Shown here: positions 56,693 to 64,000 of the stretch, one piece after another
Layout of the letters: each line of letters starts with the position of its first letter
How positions within the stretch are numbered: the stretch's first letter is position 1
From: Bacteroidales bacterium
Lineage (GTDB): Bacteria; Bacteroidota; Bacteroidia; Bacteroidales; VadinHA17
Assembly: GCA_034005245.1 (NCBI GenBank)
Contig: JAVEVC010000003.1
Coordinates: 33,371 to 97,370 of the forward strand
Direction: 5' to 3'
Length of the DNA stretch: 64,000 nucleotides
Program-made: the position numbers and the translations under genes
Notes under the pieces: generated by a model
Database searches by the model: none
What the model was told of the DNA's origin: nothing
Seen by the model: only the letters and a program-made list of their open reading frames with translations

Positions 56693-56878
56693 ATGGCACA
56701 TCCGAAAAGAAAACACTCCAAAACGAGGAGAGACAAGCGCAGGACTCATTATAAAGCATCAGCACCAACAGTCGGAACCTGCTCGAATTGCGGATCGTCA
56801 GTCCTGTACCACAGGGTTTGCCCTGAGTGCGGATATTACAGAGGCAAGCCTGCCATCGAAAAGAAAGTAACAGCCTGA
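56693..56878 (+). CDS. rpmF: 50S ribosomal protein L32
   Basis: [21 protein letters not shown]...[22 protein letters not shown]. Confidence 0.95.
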   Translation: MAHPKRKHSKTRRDKRRTHYKASAPTVGTCSNCGSSVLYHRVCPECGYYRGKPAIEKKVTA

Positions 56879-56898
56879 CCAGGTTTTAAGGCATCAGC

Positions 56899-57837
56899 AT
56901 GAGAATCGGAATAGATATCATGGGTGGTGATTATGCCCCTGACGTTTGTGTTGAGGGAGCTGTTGATTCTCTTGCACAACTGTCGGGGAACGAAAAACTT
57001 GTCATGATTGGTGATGAGGCCTTCATCAGGCAGAAACTTGAAGATATGAGGGTCAACAGTTCGCTGTTTGAAATAGTGCCTGCAATCGAAGTAATCGGCA
57101 TGGCCGATCACCCGGCGAAAGCCTTTTCACAAAAAAAGAATTCAAGCATAGCTGTCGGTTACAAAATGCTCCATCAGGGCCTGCTTGACGGGTTCTGCAG
57201 CGCGGGAAATACAGGGGCAATGCTTGTGGGTGCCAGTTATACAGTCAATGTTGTTCCGGGAGTATTCAGGCCGGCTTTGGCTACTCTAATACCATGTGTC
57301 GATGGCCGCGATTCAATAATACTTGATGTGGGATTGAATCCCGACAGCAAACCCGATGTCCTTCTGCAGTACGGAATGCTCGGAAGCATATATGCCAGAT
57401 TCGTGCTTGGCATTGAAAATCCTGTTGTCGGATTGCTTAATATTGGAATTGAAGAGTCAAAGGGGACTCCTTCAGTCAAGGCTGCTTTTGAACTCATGAA
57501 GGATCATCCGGGTTTAAACTTCAGGGGTAATATTGAGGGAAATTCACTCTTCCGTGAAGAGATGACCGACGTGATTGTCTGTGACGGATTTGTGGGAAAC
57601 ATCGTTCTCAAGCAGGCAGAAGCCTTTCAGTCTATAATTAATTCACGAGGTTTCGAAGATCCTTTTTTCGACCGTCTTAATTTTGAAAATATTGGCGGCA
57701 CTCCTATAATCGGGATAAATGCAAACGTAGTAATTGGTCATGGCATCTCCGGAAGAAAAGCCATAATGAACATGATCCTCCAGACCAGGGATGTGGTATC
57801 GGCCAATCTGGCCAGAAAAATCATTGAATCGATATAA
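56899..57837 (+). CDS. plsX: Phosphate acyltransferase PlsX
   Basis: [14 protein letters not shown]..., SAGNTGA, and [10 protein letters not shown]. Confidence 0.92.
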   Translation: MRIGIDIMGGDYAPDVCVEGAVDSLAQLSGNEKLVMIGDEAFIRQKLEDMRVNSSLFEIVPAIEVIGMADHPAKAFSQKKNSSIAVGYKMLHQGLLDGFCSAGNTGAMLVGASYTVNVVPGVFRPALATLIPCVDGRDSIILDVGLNPDSKPDVLLQYGMLGSIYARFVLGIENPVVGLLNIGIEESKGTPSVKAAFELMKDHPGLNFRGNIEGNSLFREEMTDVIVCDGFVGNIVLKQAEAFQSIINSRGFEDPFFDRLNFENIGGTPIIGINANVVIGHGISGRKAIMNMILQTRDVVSANLARKIIESI

Positions 57838-57848
57838 TCGATATAATT

Positions 57849-58847
57849 ATGAGAAAAATACGGGCAGCCATTACCGGCATAAATGCCTGGGTTCCGGAAT
57901 ATCGGCTCACCAATCATGAACTGTCTAGAATGGTTGAAACATCCGACGAGTGGATAATGCAGAGAGTCGGAATAAGGGAAAGAAGGATCCTCCGGGGTGA
58001 GGGACTGGGCAGTTCTGATATGGGGGAAATGGCAGTAAAGGGACTGCTTGAAAAAACAAAAACCTCCCCCGATGAGATTGACCTGCTGATTTGCACGACT
58101 GTTACACCCGATATGGCATTCCCTGCAACAGGTAACATTATATCCGACAAAGCCGGGATAAAGAATGCTTTCAGTTTTGATCTGAATGCTGCCTGCTCAG
58201 GCTTCCTGTTTGCCTTACAGACAGGTGCGGCATATGTCGAGACAGGAAGGTACAAAAAAGTCATTGTTGTCGGTACTGATAAAATGTCATCGATTACCGA
58301 CTATACCGACCGGACTACCTGTCCTCTTTTCGGGGATGCTGCAGGAGCTGTCCTTCTCGAACCTGATACAGAGGGCAATGGCATAATGGACCATATTTTT
58401 TATACCGACGGTTCAGGAAGAAAGTATCTTCATTTAAAGGCAGGAGGTTCTGTTAAGCCTGCTTCACATGAGACAGTAGATGCCCGGGAACATTTTGTCT
58501 ATCAGGAAGGTCAGAGCGTTTTCAAATTTGCTGTGGTCAACATGGCGGATGTTGCTGTTGAGATTATGGAAAGGAACAGCCTGAAAGCAAAAGATATTGC
58601 ATGGCTTGTTCCGCACCAGGCCAATCTTAGGATTATTGAGGCAACGGGAAGAAGAATGGGACTTTCGCCTGAGAAGATTATGATAAATATTGAGAATTAC
58701 GGCAATACAACCACAGCAACCATTCCACTCTGCATATGGGAATATGAGGACAGGCTTAGGAAAGGCGACAAGATTATCCTGGCTGCTTTCGGAGGGGGAT
58801 TTACCTGGGGATCCGTATATCTTAAATGGGCATATGATCCCATATAA
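57849..58847 (+). CDS. fabH: 3-oxoacyl-ACP synthase III
   Basis: Active-site AACSGF, HQANLRI and GNTTTATIP (the Cys-His-Asn triad context). Confidence 0.93.
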   Translation: MRKIRAAITGINAWVPEYRLTNHELSRMVETSDEWIMQRVGIRERRILRGEGLGSSDMGEMAVKGLLEKTKTSPDEIDLLICTTVTPDMAFPATGNIISDKAGIKNAFSFDLNAACSGFLFALQTGAAYVETGRYKKVIVVGTDKMSSITDYTDRTTCPLFGDAAGAVLLEPDTEGNGIMDHIFYTDGSGRKYLHLKAGGSVKPASHETVDAREHFVYQEGQSVFKFAVVNMADVAVEIMERNSLKAKDIAWLVPHQANLRIIEATGRRMGLSPEKIMINIENYGNTTTATIPLCIWEYEDRLRKGDKIILAAFGGGFTWGSVYLKWAYDPI

Positions 58848-59027
58848 CCCGGGATGCCATACCTGGAGCAAGACTTTGGTAACATAATCACTGATTTGCT
58901 TCGTTAACAGCCGGCAGAAATTCCGGTAACGACGTCAAAGACCATCCGGGTGCATAAGATTCCGCAATGCCTGTAGCAGGAATCTTCAATAAGGATCAAA
59001 CATTTTATTTTTCTTTGCAATAGTTTT

Positions 59028-59035
59028 TATATTTG
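59028..59035 (+). promoter_or_regulatory. -7 promoter box (TATATTTG) upstream of the bactofilin-atp gene string
   Basis: Exact TAnnTTTG, 37 nt upstream of ATG 59073. A TTTG at 59014-59017 is too close to serve as a canonical -33. Confidence 0.4.
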
Positions 59036-59072
59036 TGAGTTATTAGGTCAGAATCTGTCAAACAGGAAAACC

Positions 59073-59486
59073 ATGGGAAAATTCAATGAAACGGAAAATA
59101 CGAACATTAACCTTATAAGCAACGGCACTGAAATCACCGGTGATGTAAAGTCCAATGGCGATATCCGGGTCGACGGTTTGCTTACGGGTAATCTGGTGAC
59201 AAAAGGAAAAGTCGTCATAGGTCCCACCGGGAAGATAAACGGAGAGGTTTACTGCAAAAACTCTGAAGTGTCGGGAATGGTGGAAGGTAAAATATCAGTT
59301 GGACAACTGCTTACTCTTAAGACAAATTCAAAGATAACCGGTGACATAGTAACTTTCAAGCTTTCAATCGAACCGGGAGCAAAATTTACCGGCAACTGTA
59401 AAATGAGCGATAGTGAAAACAGCGAAGAAACCTCCTACCCAAAATCAAAAGAACCAGAAAAAGGAGGAGAAAAGCCAGGGAAGTAA
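59073..59486 (+). CDS. Bactofilin (polymer-forming cytoskeletal protein)
   Basis: GTEITGDVKSNGDIRVDGLLTGNLVTKGKVVIGPTGKINGEVYCKNSEVSGMVEGKI is the beta-helical bactofilin repeat pattern, followed by a charged C-terminal tail. Confidence 0.8.
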   Translation: MGKFNETENTNINLISNGTEITGDVKSNGDIRVDGLLTGNLVTKGKVVIGPTGKINGEVYCKNSEVSGMVEGKISVGQLLTLKTNSKITGDIVTFKLSIEPGAKFTGNCKMSDSENSEETSYPKSKEPEKGGEKPGK

Positions 59487-59682
59487 AGGACTGAATGACT
59501 TTGCCAGATACTCCGGCATGGCTTTCCAGATGGCGATCATTATTCTTCTTGCAACATGGGGAGGCACCAGGCTGGATAAGATACTTGAACTGAAAACGCC
59601 TGTATTTACCATTGTACTCTCCTTGCTGGGTATTTTTGCAGCTCTCTACACATCTCTTAAGGATTTTATTAAACGACACTGA
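59413..59682 (+). CDS. AtpZ/AtpI-family small membrane protein (atp operon leader gene)
   Basis: ARYSGMAFQMAIIILLATWGGTRLD plus a second TM. Only two in-frame ATGs exist. ATG 59413 gives a 74-nt overlap with the bactofilin gene. ATG 59518 gives no overlap but loses the conserved YSGM context. Confidence 0.65.
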   Translation: MKTAKKPPTQNQKNQKKEEKSQGSKGLNDFARYSGMAFQMAIIILLATWGGTRLDKILELKTPVFTIVLSLLGIFAALYTSLKDFIKRH

Positions 59683-59685
59683 TAT

Positions 59686-60084
59686 TTGAAGACTTACAGC
59701 AGATATCTTTTCCTCCTTTTACTAATCAATATCCTTCTTGCAATAACCGGATATATCCTTATCAGACTGTTCATCCACGGATTAATGTTCAGTGATCTGG
59801 CCTGGCTGCTGTTATCCTTTTCCTTTATAAGCGCCATATGTATGTTCATCTTTTTCAGAGGGCAAAAAAAGGAACCTTCAGCCCGCACATTACATCTGTT
59901 AATTGCATTTGGCCTGAAGATGTTAATGGAGTTGGTATTAGCCCTGTTATGGTTTTTTGTTGGCAAAAAAACTACTCCCGCCTCTTTGTTATTGTTTTTT
60001 ATACTATATTTAGCCTTCACTTTGTTTTCAACATTCGCTATGTTGAACTCATTAAAAACCAAATCTTTAGAAAAACATATTTGA
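59686..60084 (+). CDS. Four-helix membrane protein in the atp operon (ATP synthase protein I-like)
   Basis: 132 aa, TTG start 4 nt after the AtpZ stop, four hydrophobic helices. Its position between atpZ and atpB is the basis for the call. Confidence 0.5.
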   Translation: MKTYSRYLFLLLLINILLAITGYILIRLFIHGLMFSDLAWLLLSFSFISAICMFIFFRGQKKEPSARTLHLLIAFGLKMLMELVLALLWFFVGKKTTPASLLLFFILYLAFTLFSTFAMLNSLKTKSLEKHI

Positions 60085-60085
60085 T

Positions 60086-61147
60086 TTGAAAACAAGAAAT
60101 ATTACAGGATTTTTGTTTTTACTTTTATTGCTGGTCAGTATTCCTGTTGCAGGAGAAGAGGAACATTCAGGGTCAAATAACAGCGAAGAATTCAATGCCA
60201 GTTCATTCATTCTTGAACATATTGCAGATTCCTACGAATGGCATATCCTGACTAAAAAGAACGGCGATCATGTGTCAATATATCTTCCGGTCATCCTGTA
60301 TACCAGGGAATCGGGCCTGAGCATTTTTTCCTCGCGCAGACTGGCTCACGGTCATGAATATAAAGGCTTCAGGATTGCAGACGAAGGCAAGCAAGAGGGA
60401 AGGATCGTGAAAACAGATGCAGGAGGGAACATAATTGAAGACAAACTGCCCCTCGATTTCTCAATGACCAAAGCAGTGGTCGGGATGCTCTTTGCCGCAC
60501 TGATAGGCTTGTGGCTGTTTCTTTCGCTTTCACGATCATATAAAAAAACAGGCATCAGCCACCCCAAGGGGATCCAGAGCTTTCTTGAACCGGTCATTCT
60601 GTTTGTACGCGATGATATAGCAATACCAAATATCGGGGAAAAAAAGTTTGAGAAATTCATGCCCTACCTGTTGTCGGTTTTCTTTTTCATTCTGATTAAT
60701 AACATAATGGGGCTGATACCATTTCCGCCTCCTTTCGGGGCAAATGTCACCGGCAACATAGCAGTTACCCTTACGCTTGCCATCTTTACTTTCTTTATAA
60801 CACAGATCAACGGCACAAAAAGCTACTGGAGACATATATATGCAACCCCCGGAGTCCCTTTCTGGCTTTTGCCGATAATGGTACCAGTTGAGATCATTGG
60901 AATGATCTCCAAGCCTTTTGCCCTCATGGTCCGATTGTTTGCCAACATCACTGCAGGGCATATAATCGTTCTGAGCCTGGTATGCCTTATTTTCATTTTC
61001 AAATCTCTTGCAGTGGCTCCGGTCTCGATTCTGTTTGTAATATTCATGGATTGCCTCGAACTTCTTGTGGCTTTCCTTCAGGCATATGTTTTTACTCTGC
61101 TGTCAGCATTATTTATAAGCCTGGCGGCAAAGGATGAACATCATTAG
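60086..61147 (+). CDS. atpB: F0F1 ATP synthase subunit a
   Basis: TTG start. LMVRLFANITAGHI contains the essential Arg motif. It carries an N-terminal extension with a signal-like segment. Confidence 0.9.
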   Translation: MKTRNITGFLFLLLLLVSIPVAGEEEHSGSNNSEEFNASSFILEHIADSYEWHILTKKNGDHVSIYLPVILYTRESGLSIFSSRRLAHGHEYKGFRIADEGKQEGRIVKTDAGGNIIEDKLPLDFSMTKAVVGMLFAALIGLWLFLSLSRSYKKTGISHPKGIQSFLEPVILFVRDDIAIPNIGEKKFEKFMPYLLSVFFFILINNIMGLIPFPPPFGANVTGNIAVTLTLAIFTFFITQINGTKSYWRHIYATPGVPFWLLPIMVPVEIIGMISKPFALMVRLFANITAGHIIVLSLVCLIFIFKSLAVAPVSILFVIFMDCLELLVAFLQAYVFTLLSALFISLAAKDEHH

Positions 61148-61161
61148 TTTTTATTGTTTAA

Positions 61162-61380
<219 letters not shown>

Positions 61381-61390
61381 AAAAAATCAG

Positions 61391-61417
61391 GACCCTTCAA
61401 CGGTTGGTTGAAGGGTC
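61391..61417 (+). terminator. Intra-operon hairpin after atpE (possible attenuator or stabiliser)
   Basis: gacccttcaa-cggttgg-ttgaagggtc, a perfect 10-bp stem, followed by only a weak T tract (tta tcc). Confidence 0.45.
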
Positions 61418-61444
61418 TTATCCGGAAATCTTAAAAGGTAAATT

Positions 61445-61960
61445 ATGATAACAGCTAGCAGCAGTCTTACTACTCCGGCCATCGGGACAATCTTCTGGAC
61501 AGTGCTTATCTTTTCACTGTTTTTTGTGCTTTTAAAGAAATTTGCATGGAAGCCAATTCTGAGTGCCGTAAAGCAAAGGGACGAAATGATAAAAGGATCA
61601 CTGGCATCAGCTGAAAAAGCCCGCAAAGAGATGATAAAGCTCCAGAGCGACAATGAAGCTATTCTGAAAAAAGCCCGCGAAGAACGGGAAATAATTCTCA
61701 GGGAAGCAAGGGAAATAAGGGATAAGCTTATTACCGAAGCCAAAGGCAAGGCGTCTGAGGAAGCTGATAAACTGGTGGAAAAAGCCAGGGCAGGTATAGA
61801 AAGGGAAAAGGCAACAGCACTTGCGGAAATACGGGAACAGGTTGCAGCACTGTCGGTTGATATAGCATCAAAACTTATAGGAGAGAGGCTTAAGCAAACA
61901 AACGAACAGGAAAAGCTCATTGACAGCTACCTCAATGATGTTGATTTGAATAAAAATTAG
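61445..61960 (+). CDS. atpF: F0F1 ATP synthase subunit b
   Basis: N-terminal TM (IFWTVLIFSLFFVLLKKFAW) followed by a long charged helix rich in A/E/K/R. Confidence 0.88.
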   Translation: MITASSSLTTPAIGTIFWTVLIFSLFFVLLKKFAWKPILSAVKQRDEMIKGSLASAEKARKEMIKLQSDNEAILKKAREEREIILREAREIRDKLITEAKGKASEEADKLVEKARAGIEREKATALAEIREQVAALSVDIASKLIGERLKQTNEQEKLIDSYLNDVDLNKN

Positions 61961-61974
61961 AAAGCAGGCACTTA

Positions 61975-62520
61975 ATGAACGAAAGCAAAATATCAGTCAG
62001 GTATTCAAGAGCCCTGTTCCAGTCAGCACTCGATAAAAAAATCCTCGACAAGGTCAGCAATGATATGCAATACCTTGCTGAAGTGTGCAGGATGCCTGAA
62101 TTCAGGGAGTTCTTGCACAGCCCCATTGTCGGACCGGAGATAAAGTCAAAAACCTTCCATGACATCTTCGCAAAAGATGTGGAAGAGATCACCATGTCAC
62201 TTATCGATCTGGTTATCAGGAATGGGAGAGAACTTTATCTCCCCGCTATAGCAAGAGTATTTAACACCAATACCTTAAAGCATAAAGGGATCACTGAATG
62301 CGCCCTTACTACAGCAGTAAAAGTAAGTCCGGCTCTCAGGGATAAGATTTCAGCTGTGATTTCTTCAACCATGGGGACAAAAATCAAAATGGAGGAGAAA
62401 ATAAGCAGTGATATATTAGGTGGTTTTATTCTCAGGATTGATGACCAGTACATTGATGCCAGCGTCACAAGCAAACTTAGAAAGATAAAAAAGGAATTAA
62501 CAGGTAAGAATATATCCTGA
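61975..62520 (+). CDS. atpH: F0F1 ATP synthase subunit delta
   Basis: RYSRALF start, a C-terminal GGFILRIDDQYIDASV motif, and its position between atpF and atpA. Confidence 0.88.
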   Translation: MNESKISVRYSRALFQSALDKKILDKVSNDMQYLAEVCRMPEFREFLHSPIVGPEIKSKTFHDIFAKDVEEITMSLIDLVIRNGRELYLPAIARVFNTNTLKHKGITECALTTAVKVSPALRDKISAVISSTMGTKIKMEEKISSDILGGFILRIDDQYIDASVTSKLRKIKKELTGKNIS

Positions 62521-62557
62521 CCAGAAATAACAGGCAGGAAAATTAAAGGATACAAAT

Positions 62558-64000
62558 ATGGCAAATATTAAACCAGCAGAAGTTTCAAAAATTCTTAGAC
62601 AGCAACTTGAAGGAATTCAGACGGGTGTAGAACTTGAAGAAGTCGGGACCGTTTTGGAGGTCGGTGACGGGATAGCCCGTATTTATGGACTTTCTAATGC
62701 TCAATCAAATGAACTGATTGAATTTGAGAATGGTATTGAAGCTATCGTGCTGAACCTCGAGGAAGACAACATTGGCGCGGTTTTGCTCGGGCCGACCGAA
62801 GCAATTAAAGAGGGTGACATCGTAAAGCGAACCGGCAGGATTGCTTCCATTGGGGTTGGTGAAGGATTGCTGGGCCGGGTAATTACTCCCACCGGGCAGC
62901 CTCTTGATGGAAAGGGACCAATTGAAGGGAAACTTTACATCATGCCTTTTGAAAGGAAAGCTCCCGGCGTCATTTTCAGGCAACCTGTAAAACAACCGCT
63001 TCAGACAGGCATTAAAGCCATCGATGCTATGATCCCTATCGGAAGAGGTCAGAGGGAACTTATTATCGGCGACAGACAGACAGGAAAAACAGCAATTGCC
63101 ATAGACACTATTATCAACCAGAAAAGTAATTTTGAAAAGGGGAAACCTGTATACTGTATTTATGTAGCCATAGGACAAAAGGGCTCAACAGTCGCAAATA
63201 TTGCCAAGACTCTGGAGGAGTATGGTGCACTCGAGTACACCGTCATAGTGCTTGCTACAGCATCAGATCCAGCAGCTTCACAGTTTTACGCACCATTTGC
63301 CGGCGCTGCAATAGGTGAATTCTTCCGCGATACTGGCCGCGATGCCCTCATTATTTATGATGATCTGTCAAAACAGGCTGTTTCCTACAGAGAGGTTTCA
63401 CTATTACTGAGGCGTCCGCCGGGCCGTGAAGCTTATCCGGGAGATGTATTTTACCTCCACTCCAGGCTGCTTGAACGAGCTGCCAAGATAATCGAATCTG
63501 ACGAGGTGGCCAGGAAAATGAATGACCTACCCGAATCAATTCGGCACATGGTCAAGGGAGGCGGATCACTCACTGCCCTTCCTATTATAGAAACACAGGC
63601 TGGTGACGTTTCTGCCTATATCCCAACTAATGTGATCTCAATTACCGACGGGCAGATATTCCTTGAATCAAACCTCTTCAACGCCGGTGTCCGGCCTGCA
63701 ATCAATGTCGGTATATCAGTGTCAAGAGTGGGAGGAAATGCCCAGGTAAAAGCCATGAAGAAGATAGCAGGAACACTTAAGGTTGACCAGGCGCAATACC
63801 GTGAACTTGAAGCTTTCTCAAAATTCGGATCCGATCTCGATGCCTCAACCCTGGCAATACTCAACAAGGGGGCGAAAAACGTTGAGATACTCAAGCAGGG
63901 CCAGTATAATCCCATACCGGTCGAAAAACAAATTGCCATAATCTACTGCGGAACCTCAGGTTTGCTGAAGGATGTGCCTGTTGGCAAGGTGCGCGACTTT
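62558..64000 (+). CDS. atpA: F0F1 ATP synthase subunit alpha, C-terminus cut by the window edge
   Basis: My translation from ATG 62558 reads [19 protein letters not shown]...[10 protein letters not shown]...[27 protein letters not shown] (Walker A). The frame stays open to 64000. It is absent from the ORF track because there is no stop in the window. Confidence 0.93.
   Translation, partial: MANIKPAEVSKILRQQLEGIQTGVELEEVGTVLEVGDGIARIYGLSNAQSNELIEFENGIEAIVLNLEEDNIGAVLLGPTEAIKEGDIVKRTGRIASIGVGEGLLGRVITPTGQPLDGKGPIEGKLYIMPFERKAPGVIFRQPVKQPLQTGIKAIDAMIPIGRGQRELIIGDRQTGKTAIAIDTIINQKSNFEKGKPVYCIYVAIGQKGSTVANIAKTLEEYGALEYTVIVLATASDPAASQFYAPFAGAAIGEFFRDTGRDALIIYDDLSKQAVSYREVSLLLRRPPGREAYPGDVFYLHSRLLERAAKIIESDEVARKMNDLPESIRHMVKGGGSLTALPIIETQAGDVSAYIPTNVISITDGQIFLESNLFNAGVRPAINVGISVSRVGGNAQVKAMKKIAGTLKVDQAQYRELEAFSKFGSDLDASTLAILNKGAKNVEILKQGQYNPIPVEKQIAIIYCGTSGLLKDVPVGKVRDF

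Noticed and set aside
58848-59027. Possible terminator or small RNA after fabH (gattcc-N13-ggaatc and ccgg-N8-ccgg stems)
   Set aside because: The stems are only 4-6 bp with large loops and no U-tract, so I cannot support a feature call from sequence alone.
61387-61920. 177-aa minus-strand ORF antisense to atpF
   Set aside because: Its Ser/Ala/Leu-rich sequence is the expected mirror of the Lys/Glu/Ala-rich atpF helix. It shows no start context or independent signal.

Overview
This 64-kb segment is densely coding, with about 61 protein genes on both strands, and looks like core chromosome of a Bacteroidota organism. Three things support that origin. TAnnTTTG -7 promoter motifs sit in front of many genes. 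The rnpA / HemD-like / DUF4271-like neighbourhood is present. The atp operon runs AtpZ-x-B-E-F-H-A, with beta and epsilon elsewhere. By eye I found no rRNA, tRNA, CRISPR array, transposase, integrase or phage genes. I ran no database searches; every call rests on motifs read from the supplied translations and on my own reading of the DNA.

Most genes are housekeeping: polA, queD, lspA, ispB-like, dtd, mntP, deoC, rnpA, rsgA, selU, rpmF-plsX-fabH and the atp operon. Two genes are cut by the window edges and are absent from the ORF track: a GH38-like mannosidase (1-3238, minus) and atpA (62558-64000, plus).

The most interesting stretch is 42.7-51.7 kb.
- A protein apparently lacking a signal peptide has four ~50-aa repeats fused to a GH16-like domain. 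Its catalytic ExDxxE motif reads QIDICR.
- Divergent from it is a TetR-controlled operon. It encodes a LolA-like periplasmic protein, two paralogous MacB/LolCE-type permeases, a LolD-type ATPase and a predicted outer-membrane beta-barrel. This looks like an uncharacterised Lol-like trans-envelope export system.

Other points worth a second look:
- a hybrid histidine kinase whose phospho-acceptor His is Tyr and whose N-box Asn is His, with an intact receiver domain
- a four-gene LiaF-like / LytS-type kinase / LytTR module
- a Mn-type SOD carrying a lipoprotein signal
- an FNR-like Cys cluster on a Crp-family regulator
- a MoaD/ThiS-like protein ending in GD rather than GG
- a phosphofructokinase with the PPi-dependent residue signature
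- a bactofilin gene joined to the atp operon
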